NCBI GenBank assembly: GCA_036401335.1 | Contig: DASWVC010000276.1 | Coordinates: 741-64,740, forward strand | Direction: 5' to 3' | DNA: 64,000 nt | From: Chthoniobacterales bacterium | GTDB lineage: Bacteria; Verrucomicrobiota; Verrucomicrobiia; Chthoniobacterales; JAFAMB01 | Shown here: positions 26,358-36,600 of the stretch, piece after piece | Position numbering within the stretch: the first letter of the stretch is position 1 | Layout of the letters: the number at the start of each line of letters is the position of its first letter | The notes under the pieces: generated by a model | What the model saw: only the letters and a program-made list of their open reading frames with translations | What the model was told of the DNA's origin: nothing | Database searches by the model: none | Position numbers and translations under genes: made by a program

Positions 26358-27065
26358 CTACTTCTCGCGGCTCAGCCTCTCCGCCATGCGCACCAGGTCG
26401 GCCAGCGATTCCGCCTGCATCTTGCGCATCACCCGACCCCGCTGGGTTTTGACCGTAACTTCACGCGTGCCGAGTTCGGCGGCCACTTGCTTGTTCATCA
26501 TGCCCCGGGCCACCAGTGCCATGACTTGGCGCTCGCGAGGCGTCAGCCTCCCGTAGCGCGCCCGCAGTTCAGCCGATCCCGTGCGCCGGGCCAACGCCTG
26601 CCGATCCCGCGCCAGCGCCTGCTCAATTGCAGTGAGCAATTCCTGCTCGCCGAATGGTTTCGTCAAAAATTCCACCGCCCCCGCCTTCATGGCCCGGACT
26701 GTCGTGGGAATGTCGCCCTGGCCGGTGATGAAAATGATCGGGATCGGACGGTTCGCGGCCACCAGTTGGCGCTGGAGCTCCATACCGCTCAAGCCAGGCA
26801 AACCAACGTCGAGCACCAGGCACGAGGGCTCGGCCGGCGGTGGTTGACGGAGGAACTCGGCCGCTGAAGCAAACGCCTCCACCCTCCACCCCACGGAGCG
26901 AAGGAGACTGCCCAGCGCCTCGCGCACGGCCGGGTCGTCGTCCACGACAAAAACAATCGCTTTTCCCCATGCCCCGCCCCCTTTTGCCTCCGGCTTCACC
27001 GGCCCCTCCCCTGCGGTGAAGCGCGGGTGAACGGGCAGCTTTCCCAGGTCTCTGCCTCCTGCCAC
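26358..27065 (-). CDS. FixJ/LuxR-family response regulator (REC + LuxR HTH)
   Basis: ...[15 protein letters not shown]...[16 protein letters not shown]...[29 protein letters not shown]... followed by [43 protein letters not shown]. The true start is probably downstream of the track start (for example the GTG at 26999). Confidence 0.85.
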   Translation of the reverse strand: MAGGRDLGKLPVHPRFTAGEGPVKPEAKGGGAWGKAIVFVVDDDPAVREALGSLLRSVGWRVEAFASAAEFLRQPPPAEPSCLVLDVGLPGLSGMELQRQLVAANRPIPIIFITGQGDIPTTVRAMKAGAVEFLTKPFGEQELLTAIEQALARDRQALARRTGSAELRARYGRLTPRERQVMALVARGMMNKQVAAELGTREVTVKTQRGRVMRKMQAESLADLVRMAERLSREK

Positions 27066-27209
27066 GCTCTCAGACCTCCGTTGCTCACGTCGGCCTCAAT
27101 CATCACGGCTGGTTCGGGTTCACTCCATTCATTCTTTACACTGCAGGCGCTTATCCCCGCCATTATATCTAGGTATGATCCCGCTGCGGCACACTCCGTC
27201 GGGTGCGCT

Positions 27210-28052
27210 TTATTCGGTGACGGATTCCGCGGCCTTTCTGATCAAGGCAACCACGGCGTCCGGGTGAGATACCATCACAACGTGTGATGCACCTTTAACG
27301 TCAACGATGTTCTTTGCATTTGCACGATGGGCCATGAACGAATGCGCGGCTTCCGGGATGTTCTTATCCAGCGAACCAAAAATGAACCACGAGGGAATCG
27401 TTTTCCAGGTAGCGGACCCCGACGGCTCGTTGAGCGCTGCCTCGGTGACCGGTCGCTGCGTTGCGGCCATGAGTTCCGTCTCTGCTTCGGGGACGTCAGC
27501 GGCGAATTGCGCGTGGAACTTATCCTGCCGGATGTAGAGATCCTTGCCCCCTCCGGGAAGCGCGACCGGCAGCGCAAGCGTCGGCCCAAGCGTGCTGCCA
27601 GGGAAGCGACCGGAGAGATCGACCGCACTTTCCCCCGCCTCCGGCGCAAGCGCGGCGACGTAAACGAACGCTTTGACGTTTGGATTCCCAACGGCGGCAT
27701 TGGTAATGACGGACCCGCCGTAAGAATGCCCCACCGCCACGATGGGGCCATGGACGCTCTGGAAGACCGCAGCGACGACCTCGGCATCGCTCCGCAACCC
27801 GCGCAACGGATTCGCGGCGGCAATGACCGGATAACCCTGCGCCAGGAGACGGGTCACGACCCCATTCCAGCTGGAAGATCCGGCGAAGGCGCCGTGGACG
27901 AGCACAATGGTCGGCTTGTTGGCCGGTTTGGCTCCCATCGCGCGGGAAGCGGCGATGGAACGCGTTTGGGGAATGATGGCGAAGGCGAGGGCGGCACGCA
28001 GGGTGGCCGCCAGGAGGAAAGCACTGACCGCGTTAAGGCGATTGATTTTCAT
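27210..28052 (-). CDS. secreted alpha/beta hydrolase
   Basis: MKINRLNAVSAFLLAATLRAALA... is a signal peptide. It continues ...TIVLVHGAFAGSSSW..., with the nucleophile elbow VGHSYGG. Confidence 0.85.
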   Translation of the reverse strand: MKINRLNAVSAFLLAATLRAALAFAIIPQTRSIAASRAMGAKPANKPTIVLVHGAFAGSSSWNGVVTRLLAQGYPVIAAANPLRGLRSDAEVVAAVFQSVHGPIVAVGHSYGGSVITNAAVGNPNVKAFVYVAALAPEAGESAVDLSGRFPGSTLGPTLALPVALPGGGKDLYIRQDKFHAQFAADVPEAETELMAATQRPVTEAALNEPSGSATWKTIPSWFIFGSLDKNIPEAAHSFMAHRANAKNIVDVKGASHVVMVSHPDAVVALIRKAAESVTE

Positions 28053-28968
28053 CGGGGTGTTTGGTCTTTTTTTTGGTTCAACCCGCACGACGTAGGGAGC
28101 GGGAAAATTGATAAGTGTCGTTCAACGCCGGGAGGGCCGACTTCATGGGCTTACCCCCAAGGTTCTTCCGGAGGTTGCCGGGACTGGGACCGCTGGATTG
28201 CTCCGTCCACGCCACGCAACTCACCAGGAAAAAGGGTGGTCTACGTCGCACCGCGCGGGCGGCGAGCCCGCGCACGGCATCGGGGTGGATTCCCGCAGGC
28301 GGTGCCCTGCCCAGCCGAAAGGATGGGCGATCGCACGGCTAAGTCGTTGACGAAAGGCGCGATGACGTTCCTGTCGGGCGTCCCTCTGCCGAAGCCGTTC
28401 CAGCAACGGCCCAATAACCCCGAGTTGCGTGAGCGTGGGGACGGAAGCCGCGTAGGGGTAACGTTCGCGGTACGCCTGCAGGCTAATTGGTGAATCCATG
28501 ATAGTCGGGTGAAGTAAAAGGCGTTAGTTAAGCAGCATCAGTGGTGGCGTTTGCTCCACCGGGTGAACTCGATTAAGCCGGCGCGACCTGCGCACCTTTG
28601 CGGGCGAAAGGTTCGACCGCGGCGCCCCATCCTCCGAGCGCCTCGCGGGTTCATCGTTGGATGCATGCTTGCTTCCATTAACAGGTTCTGTGCCACGCCG
28701 AAGTACCATGCTTAAGAAGCTGACCAACAGCCGCTTAGAAGGTAAATCCGGTAGATGGGCCAGGGTGCGAGATTTCGAACAGACGATTATTCGAGTGGAC
28801 CGGCGGCGAGATTTCACCCGCCGGCAACGCAACCCCCGCCGATGCAAAAAGCGCCCTGTTTTTTGACGGCCTTCTTACGTCCTGGCTGGCCAAGTCGGCT
28901 TTCGCCAATGGCCGTCCCGCTGCCTGGGTCGGGATCTGCAAAGCGCTTGCACGTGATCGGCCGCGCGG

Positions 28969-31402
28969 TCACCCGCATATGGCCGGCAGGTCCAGCCGCA
29001 GGACGATTCGCCATTTGTCCATTTCGCTGCGCGCCAGGACGATCACCTCCCGAATGGCCTCGCTGAGGTCCAGGGGCTCTTTCGCCGTTTCCGTGTTCTT
29101 GAAGGGCGCCCGGATGCGGGTAATGACCTCACCGGCCCGGCTCCCGTCCCGAATGATGCGGCGGACCGCCTCGGCCAGGTTGACGGAATCGCCCTTCAGG
29201 CCGGCCAGCCAGCGCAGGGAGGCGTTGCCATTGATCACCACGCCCGCAATGGGTTAATTCACTTCATGCGCGATCGAGGCGGCAAGTTCTCCCATCGTTG
29301 TCACGCGGGTCACATGGGCCAGTTCGGCCTGAGTCCTGCGCAAATCCGCTTCGCGCCTCCGCAGTTCGACCTCTGCCTGCTTGAGGTCGTCAATGTCGGT
29401 GTTCGTTCCATACCAGGTCACGTGGTTTTCTGATTGGTCCATCAAGGGAGCCGCTCGGAACAAAAACCACCGATACTCCCCGTCAAAGCGCCTGAGCCGG
29501 GCCTCCAGCCCACCCTCGCTTCCGGAAGCCCTGATCTCCGTCCACTTAGCGGCCAGGGTTCCAAGGTCTGCAGGATGAATGGCGGCCGTCCATCCTGTCC
29601 CTTGTGCCTCGTGGTGAGAAAGACCGGTGTAGTCCAGCCAGCGTTTGTTGAAGAAGTTTCCTACTCCGTCTTCGGGAGAAGCCCAAGCCAGTGTGGGCAT
29701 GGTGTCAATGATCGTCCGGAGTCGGTCTTCCGAAGCCGTGACTCTCGCGAGCGCATTTTCCAATGCGGCATTGGCCTGATGCCGGTCCGTGATGTCGATG
29801 ACTGTCCCAACGAACTCCTCGATTTGCGGAGACTTCCCCTAACCGGGCGCCCCTTGCTGTGAACGTGCTTTGTCGTCCCATCCGGCAGATTGATTCGATA
29901 CTCCAAACTAAATTCGCTGCTTCTACGGACCGCGTCATCGAGAACCGCCTGAACCATCGCCAGATCGTCTGGATGCACTCTCTCGAAAAATGCCGGCCAT
30001 GTGGTTTCAGGCTGATCGGTCCCGAAGCCGAATATCCGGCAGTGTTCCTCCGACCAGACGAACTTTTCCTTTGAAACATTCCACGCCCAGCTTCCCGTGT
30101 GGCTGATCCTTTGTCCTTCGGCCAGAAAGGTCTGGCTTTTCCTGAGCGCATCTTCGGCGCGCTTGCGTTCCACCACGATGCTTGCGAGGTGGCTAAACTG
30201 GTCGGTGATGCTGCGTTCTCTGGGCGTGACCTGCCGTGGTTGCCGGGAGTAAATGTCGAGGGCACCCAACACTGCGCCTACCGAGGATAACATCGGGGTC
30301 GAACTACAGGCACGCAGATCGTGGCTCAGGGCCAACTCGCTGCAGTCGGCCCACAGCGGGTCGGTGGCGATGTCGGAAACGAATACCCTTTCTGCGCGAT
30401 AGGCCGCGGTACCCCAGAAACCGGCGGGAGGATTGATCAAGGTGCCATCAATAGCGTTTGGCCAAGTTTGCAGAAACGAAGCCCCGCCTGGTAGTCGCCG
30501 AAATGCGACCCGAGGACCGTCCCGAGCACGGCGTAGGCGTTGCACGAGCCGTCGCTGTTGCCGTGCTCGAGGCTGAGATTCGCCATTCGGGCGACCAACA
30601 AGTCGTGCAAATTCGTATCGGTAAACCAGGCCGAGGACAAAACCGCGGTGAGCACGTCAAGGGTGGCGCGGCAGGCGGGGTCGGTCATCGGGGGCAGGTC
30701 GGCGAGCCGTTCGATCGGTCGGTTGCCGAGCCGGCGCCGTTTGAACTGGTCGAACTTGCCCGACGCGAAGAGGCCGCAGGATGGAACGAGCGCTTTGTTC
30801 AGCTCGTTGACCACCGACGACTTTCCCACGCCGGAGCAGCCCGACACCAACACCAACTCCGTCGTGCCGCTGCGGACCACTCGCCCGAAAGCCTCGAGCA
30901 GCCGCCCGACCTCCCGCTCCCGCCCGTAAAGCTTTTCCGGGACCGACAACCGGTCCGGAACATCGTGTGCGCCAAGCGCAAAACGCTCGATTCGCCCCCT
31001 TAGCTTCCCACTCGGCCAGGCAGCACCGCAGGTCGGCCTCCACGGCTGAGGCCGTCTGGTCACGATTCTCCGGGGTCTTTGCGAGGAGCTTCATCACCAT
31101 CGCCGAGAGCGGCTCCGGAATTTCCCGTACCCGAGACTTGGGCGCTGCCGGCACCCTTGCAAGGTGGCAATGCACCCACTCCAGCGGGTTGCCGGCCGTG
31201 AAGGGCAGCGCCCCGACGAGCATTTCATAGAAGGTTACCCCCAGGGAGTAAAGGTCGCTGCGCGCATCGACTGAGCGGTTCATCCGGCCCGTCTGCTCCG
31301 GGGCCATGTCGGCCAGCGTTCCGGTCACGACCTCCGGCGGTGGCGGGGCCGGCGCAACGCCAGCCCGAAGCCGGTGAGCCAAGCCTCGCCGGTGGCCGTG
31401 TT
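28969..31402 (-). pseudogene. K3: mosaic, multiply deleted paralogue of the K1/K2 kinase genes
   Basis: The gene is split over track ORFs 30657..31382, 30437..31063, 29661..30545, 29254..29763 and 28969..29241. Lesions are listed in the corresponding finding. Retained pieces:
- ...EAWLTGFG...GTLADMAPEQTGRMNRS...
- Walker A GCSGVGKSS
- GKFDQFKR joined directly to RLGNRPIERLADLPPM
- half of a GAF domain
- two PAS domains
- ELAHVTRVTTMGELAASIAHEVN-TAA-PIAGVV...
No HATPase_c domain remains. Confidence 0.8.
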
Positions 31403-31567
31403 CCCTACCCCGTCGGACCTTTTGCCCGGACGCACCTGAACGATGGCCCCGCTGCCCTTACATGCCGTGAGATCATCGTGTTCAGTGCGGCCCTGGGCAT
31501 GATCATTGTCTCGAAGTCAGTTCGGGTGCCCGCCGACCCCGCAGCCTTCGTCGCGAACGCGCGCCGC

Positions 31568-32971
31568 TCAGCTCTTTGGCAACCCGGACGGAATGGCCTC
31601 CTGGCGTTTCAGCCCCAGCTTCTTGATGCGGGAGATCAGCGTGGTCGGCTTCACCCCCAGCAGTTCCGCCGCGCCGTCGGCCCCCTTGATTTTCCAGCCG
31701 GTCTTTTGCAAGATGGCGCACAGGTTTTCGCGTTCGCGCCGCTGGATCTCCGGTTCGGTCAGGAACGCGGGCGGAACCGCCTCGCCGGCATCGAAAGCAG
31801 GAGGCGCGGGCGCCGAAACCGTTGCCGGCAGGTCGAACTCCAGGGCGCCTCCTCGCGCCACGATCAGCGAGCGTTCGATGACGTTGCGCAACTCGCGGAT
31901 GTTGCCCGGCCAATCGTGGTTTTGCAGCCGCGCCACTCCCGCTTCGGTCAACCGCGCCTTCGGACATTTCAGCTCCGTGGCCAGCATTTCCACAAAGTAT
32001 TTGGCGAGCAGCGGAATGTCGTCCCGGCGCTCCCGCAGCGGGGCCACCCGCACCGGGAAAACGTTGAGCCGGTAATAAAGGTCCTCTCGAAATCGCCCCG
32101 CTTCGACCTCCCGTTCGAGGTCGCGGTTCGTGGCGGCGATGATCCGCACGTCCGCTCGCTTGGTCTTTTCATCGCCCACCCGTTCGTACTGTTTTTCTTG
32201 CAAGGCCCGCAGCAGTTTGCTCTGGAGGTCGAGGGGAATCTCGCCGATTTCATCCAGGAACAGGGTGCCGCCGTGAGCGGCTTCAAACCGGCCCACGCGG
32301 TCTTTGATCGCCCCGGTGAAGGCCCCCCGCACATGGCCGAAGAATTCGCTCTCGTACAACTCTTTCGGGATCGAGGCGCAGTTCACCCGCACCAGCGGTC
32401 GATCTTTGCGCCGGCTCAGTTTGTGGATCTCCCGGGCAATGAGTTCCTTTCCCGTGCCGGTCTCCCCCTGGATCAGCACCGTCGAATCGGTCGGCGCGAC
32501 CAGCTCGATCCGCTTTCGCACGGACCGGTACGCGCTGCTGGTGCCCACGATTTCACCCGAATGCACCGAAGCGTCGCCGGCCGGGCGTCCGGTGTATTCA
32601 CGCGCCCGCATGCCCTCCTGAATGGCATCGAGCAGGTCTTCCGGATCGAACGGCTTGGTCAGAAACTCAAGCGCCCCGGCTTTGATGGCGCGCACCGACA
32701 TGGGAATATCGCCGTGGCCGGTGAGGAAGATGATGGGAATATGAACCTCCGTCCGCGAAAGTTCCCGCTGCAACTCCAGACCGCTAAACCCCGGCAGGTT
32801 CACATCCAGGAGCAGGCAGCCCGGCGGCTCCGTGCACGGTCGCGCGAGGAACTCTTTGGCCGAGCGGTAAGTTTCCACGGGAATGCCTTCCGCCCGCAGC
32901 AGCCCTTCGACGGACTCGCGGATGGAGGCATCGTCATCCACCACGCAAACAGGAGGATTGGTACTATTCAT
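31568..32971 (-). CDS. sigma-54-dependent transcriptional activator with a FixJ-type receiver (REC + AAA+ + Fis-type HTH)
   Basis: [20 protein letters not shown]...[16 protein letters not shown]...[29 protein letters not shown]. Walker [15 protein letters not shown] loop (VRGAFTGA), FLDEIGE, and ...[16 protein letters not shown]-terminal [24 protein letters not shown]. The ATG at 32971 is preferred over the track start at 33004. Confidence 0.9.
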   Translation of the reverse strand: MNSTNPPVCVVDDDASIRESVEGLLRAEGIPVETYRSAKEFLARPCTEPPGCLLLDVNLPGFSGLELQRELSRTEVHIPIIFLTGHGDIPMSVRAIKAGALEFLTKPFDPEDLLDAIQEGMRAREYTGRPAGDASVHSGEIVGTSSAYRSVRKRIELVAPTDSTVLIQGETGTGKELIAREIHKLSRRKDRPLVRVNCASIPKELYESEFFGHVRGAFTGAIKDRVGRFEAAHGGTLFLDEIGEIPLDLQSKLLRALQEKQYERVGDEKTKRADVRIIAATNRDLEREVEAGRFREDLYYRLNVFPVRVAPLRERRDDIPLLAKYFVEMLATELKCPKARLTEAGVARLQNHDWPGNIRELRNVIERSLIVARGGALEFDLPATVSAPAPPAFDAGEAVPPAFLTEPEIQRRERENLCAILQKTGWKIKGADGAAELLGVKPTTLISRIKKLGLKRQEAIPSGLPKS

Positions 32972-33085
32972 GGCATGTCTCTTGGGGAACTGGGTTACGG
33001 GCACAACCGCGAGAAATCATCGGCGCAGGCTGGCCGCGCTCTGGATCCTTCTGACTCGAGGGAGGCGCTCATCGAGGGTATTGTT

Positions 33086-33454
33086 CTAGCTTGGCAGGGC
33101 GACCCCGATCGCATGCAGCAGGGATTCTTCGCTGAAAGGTTTGAGCAGGCAGTCCACGGCCCCGTCGGCCATCACCCGGGCGATCACGTCCTCGTCCCCA
33201 TGGGCAGTAATAAAGATGATCGGGATCCGGTGCGCCTGGCCCATCAAGCGGCGCTGCAACTCGGGACCGCTCAAGCCCGGCATGCGCACGTCAAGGATGA
33301 GGCAGCTGGTTTTCGCCAGGGCTTCCGAGGCCAGAAAATGTTCGGCCGACGAAAACACCTCGACCGCATAACCCAGGGATTTGAGCAGCCCTTCAAGGGA
33401 TTCGCGCAACGATTCGTCGTCGTCCACCACGGAAATTAGAGAAACTTCGGTCAT
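33086..33454 (-). CDS. stand-alone FixJ-type receiver (REC-only response regulator)
   Basis: MTEVSLISVVDDDESLRESLEGLLKSLGY...LILDVRMPGLSGPELQ...IIFITAHGDEDVIARVMADGAVDCLLKPF. The track start at 33517 (MIPRD...) lies in the conserved leader, so the ATG at 33454 is preferred. Confidence 0.85.
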   Translation of the reverse strand: MTEVSLISVVDDDESLRESLEGLLKSLGYAVEVFSSAEHFLASEALAKTSCLILDVRMPGLSGPELQRRLMGQAHRIPIIFITAHGDEDVIARVMADGAVDCLLKPFSEESLLHAIGVALPS

Positions 33455-33627
33455 GAGAAATTCAGTCAGGCAGAATGCCGCCATTGCCAGACCGATGCCA
33501 TTATCTCTTGGTATCATGGCCGCCGGGCTCGTTTTCCGCCTTTAGACCCCCGCCATTTTGCGCGTTCGAGCTGCCCTGCCATTCGCCCTACCCGGCGCTT
33601 CGCGCTTGTGGGTGATCGAGGGCCTGG

Positions 33628-36600
33628 TCACCAGCCTCCAGCCGACAACGTAAACTGGAAGGTGGTTCCGGGGCCCTCGTTCCGTATGGCCCAGAGCCGT
33701 CCGGCGTGGTTTTCAACGATGGAGCGGCTGATCGACAAGCCCATCCCAAGGCCGCCCGGTTTGGTTGTGTGAAACGCCGTGAACGCTTTTTCCAGGCTCG
33801 CCGCATCGAGGCCGGGGCCGGAATCGCGCACCGTCACCCGCACTTCCGTTTGCCCACGCACCTGCGTCCCGACGACCAGCTCCCGCGACCGTCCTTCGAC
33901 GGCGTCCATGGCTTCGATCGCGTTGAGGATGAGGTTCAGCATCACCTGCTGCAGCTGCACCCGGTCGCCCAGGACGGCCGGCAAGTCCGGGGTCAACTCC
34001 AGACCCAGGATCACCCGCCGTTTCTCCATTTCGCTGCGCGCCAGGGCGACCACCTCCCGGATGACCTCGTTGAGGTCCAGCGGCTCTTTGGCCGCTTCCG
34101 TTTTCTTGAAAAGCGCCCGGATGCGCGCAATGACCTCCCCCGCCCGGCTCCCGTCCCGAATGATGCGCTGGAGCGCTTCGCGGGCCTCGGCCAAGTTGAC
34201 GGACTCCTCCCTGACCCTGGCCAGCCAACGCATGCAGGCGGTGGCGTTGATCACCACGCCCGCGATGGGTTGGTTCACCTCATGCGCGATCGAGGCGGCC
34301 AGCTCGCCCATCGTCGTCACCCGCGTCACGTGGGCCAGCTCGGCCTGGGCCTTTCGCAAGTCCGCCTCGCTGCGGCGCAACTCCTTCTCCGCCTCTTTGC
34401 GGCCGGTAATGTCACGATAGATGACGTAGGTGCTGATTTGACCGTCCGACAGAGGGACGGGCGCGGCAACAATGGATACGTCCAACCGCTCGCCGTTTTT
34501 GCGCTTTCGCACCATCTCGGAGTCGACCCTCTGGGCCGCGGCGATCCGGCTGGCATTTTCGTCGAAGCCGGGCCGCTGATCATCCGGCAACACCAGATCT
34601 TGCAGCTTTCGCCCTAAGGCTTCCTCAGGGCTGTAGCCAAAGACGCGGGTAAACTCACAATTCACGCGGGAGATTGCGTTGTCCGCGTCCAGCAAGACGA
34701 TCGATTCCGGCGCCAATTCAAAAAGCTCATCGAGGTGTGCTTTTTGCCTTTGCATCTCTTCCTCGGCCCGTTTGCGCTCCGCGTTTTCCTTCTGCAGGTC
34801 CGCATACAGGCGAGCGTTCTCAAGGGAAATGGCCGCCTGGGAGCCGAGAAGATCGAGGACAGCGAACCGCGCCGACGTGAAGACGCGCGGCGTCAGGTCA
34901 TTCTCCAGATACAACGCCCCGATCAACTGTGCCTGCTTGACCAGAGCCAGACAGAGGACGGAACGGGGGCGTTTCCGATGGACGTAATCGTCATTTGAAA
35001 ACTGATTCGGGGCTAAAGCGTCATCCAGGATGACGCTCTTTCTTGAACGCACGACATAACGGAGAATGGACTCTGGAAGTTCCGCGGACGTTGCGGGCAA
35101 CTCCCGGTAAAGGACCGTGACCCCGTCGCGGCCAGTCCTGGCTTCCGCAGCGATTCGAAGCGCTTCGCCATCCTGCAGAATTAAAAGGCCGCGCTCGGCA
35201 CCGGCATGTTCGACGGCAATCGTCATGAGTGTCTTGATCAAATTTTCCAGAACGATCTCGCCGGATACTGCTTGCGACGCCTTCATCACCGTCGCCAAGT
35301 CCAGCTGCTCGACCGACGTGCCGATCGTCGTCGTGGTACGCGGAAACGCCTGCTCGCCGATGGCAGGGTACCGCTGATCGAGCTGTTGCACCTTGCCCGT
35401 GGCACCCCAGCAGAGGTAGCAGTAACGCGCTTCCCGCAGGTAGGATTGCGCCACTTTTTCGATGCCGCGCTCGAGATAAAACTGCGCCGCCAACTCATTG
35501 GCGACGCCCTCATTCTGGACAAACCCATTCTTGCGCGCTTCCCGGATTGCCTCCTCGTACAACCGCATCGCCTCGAGGTCCCGGCCTTCGAGACGGGCGA
35601 TTTCGGCCACCAACAATGCGTGCTTGTCGGCGAAAATCGGCGGGCAATTTGCCGCCCACTCGCCCAGTTGGTCCCGGTGTACCGTCAGGAGACTGTGCCA
35701 CGCTTGTCGCGCGTCGGCGGAACCGTGCTGATAAAGCGCAGCCACCGTCAGCGCGGTGTAGAAAAAGTAGTCGAGCAGCTCGAAATTTGCACCCGAGTGG
35801 GCGCTCGAGGTCCAAAGCAGCGCCTTTGCTTTCGTGGCTGCCGCCAGAGCTTCTGCGTAATCGCCCGACAGGAACCGCGCCTTCAGTTTGAGAACCCAGT
35901 AAAAACCAACCATTGCGCGCATCCTGTCACCCGTTAGCCGGGCCTCGAACCTGGCTTCGTCGAACTGGCCATCGCTGAAGGTCGAAAAGGTCGCGGTCCG
36001 GCCCTGCATGGTCGCGATGAACCGCTGCTGGCTCACGATTAGGTCCGCGACGTCGCGGAACCTTGCTTTGCGCACGAAGTCCAGGCTCCTCTCCGACTCA
36101 CGCCAGACCCCGTCGAGTGCATCGCCCCGCACCAAAAGGGTGGTGACGGACTGGTCCATGCAATAACAGGCGTAAGTCAGATCCCCTGTCTCCGTGGCGA
36201 CGCGAAAGGCTGCCCGTATGAAATCGATCACCGTCGAGATCGGCTGCGTCCAGAAAGCCACCACCCCCATCATCTGGTAGATTTTTGCCTGGTAGGAAAT
36301 GAAGCCGTGCTTCTCAACGACGTCGCAGGCGAGCTTGGCGAAACGGTAACCCTCGCGGTAACGATGGAAGTTCAGGCCGAGGATAAGTCCAAAGCTCACA
36401 TAACCGTACGTGGCAGCGTCGCTCGTCCCATGCCGTACACTGACGTTCACCATGCGGCACCGGAGCAGGCAGCACAAATGGAAATCAGTGAAGTAGGCAG
36501 GGGCGTCCATGGCCGAAAGCATCCCGATGGCAGCCCGCAGTTCCGGATCGGTCATCAACGGCAGGTCAATCAGGCCTTCGATCGGGCGTCCGTCCAGGTT

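Noticed and set aside
28221-28499. 92-aa minus-strand ORF (MDSPISLQAYRERYPYAASVPTLTQLGVIGPLLERL...) between the alpha/beta hydrolase and the K3 flank.
   Set aside because: No domain is recognised, the C-terminal half is low-complexity, and it lies in decayed K3-flank DNA. It may be a frame-shifted remnant of the small ORF found downstream of K1, but the similarity is too weak to assert.
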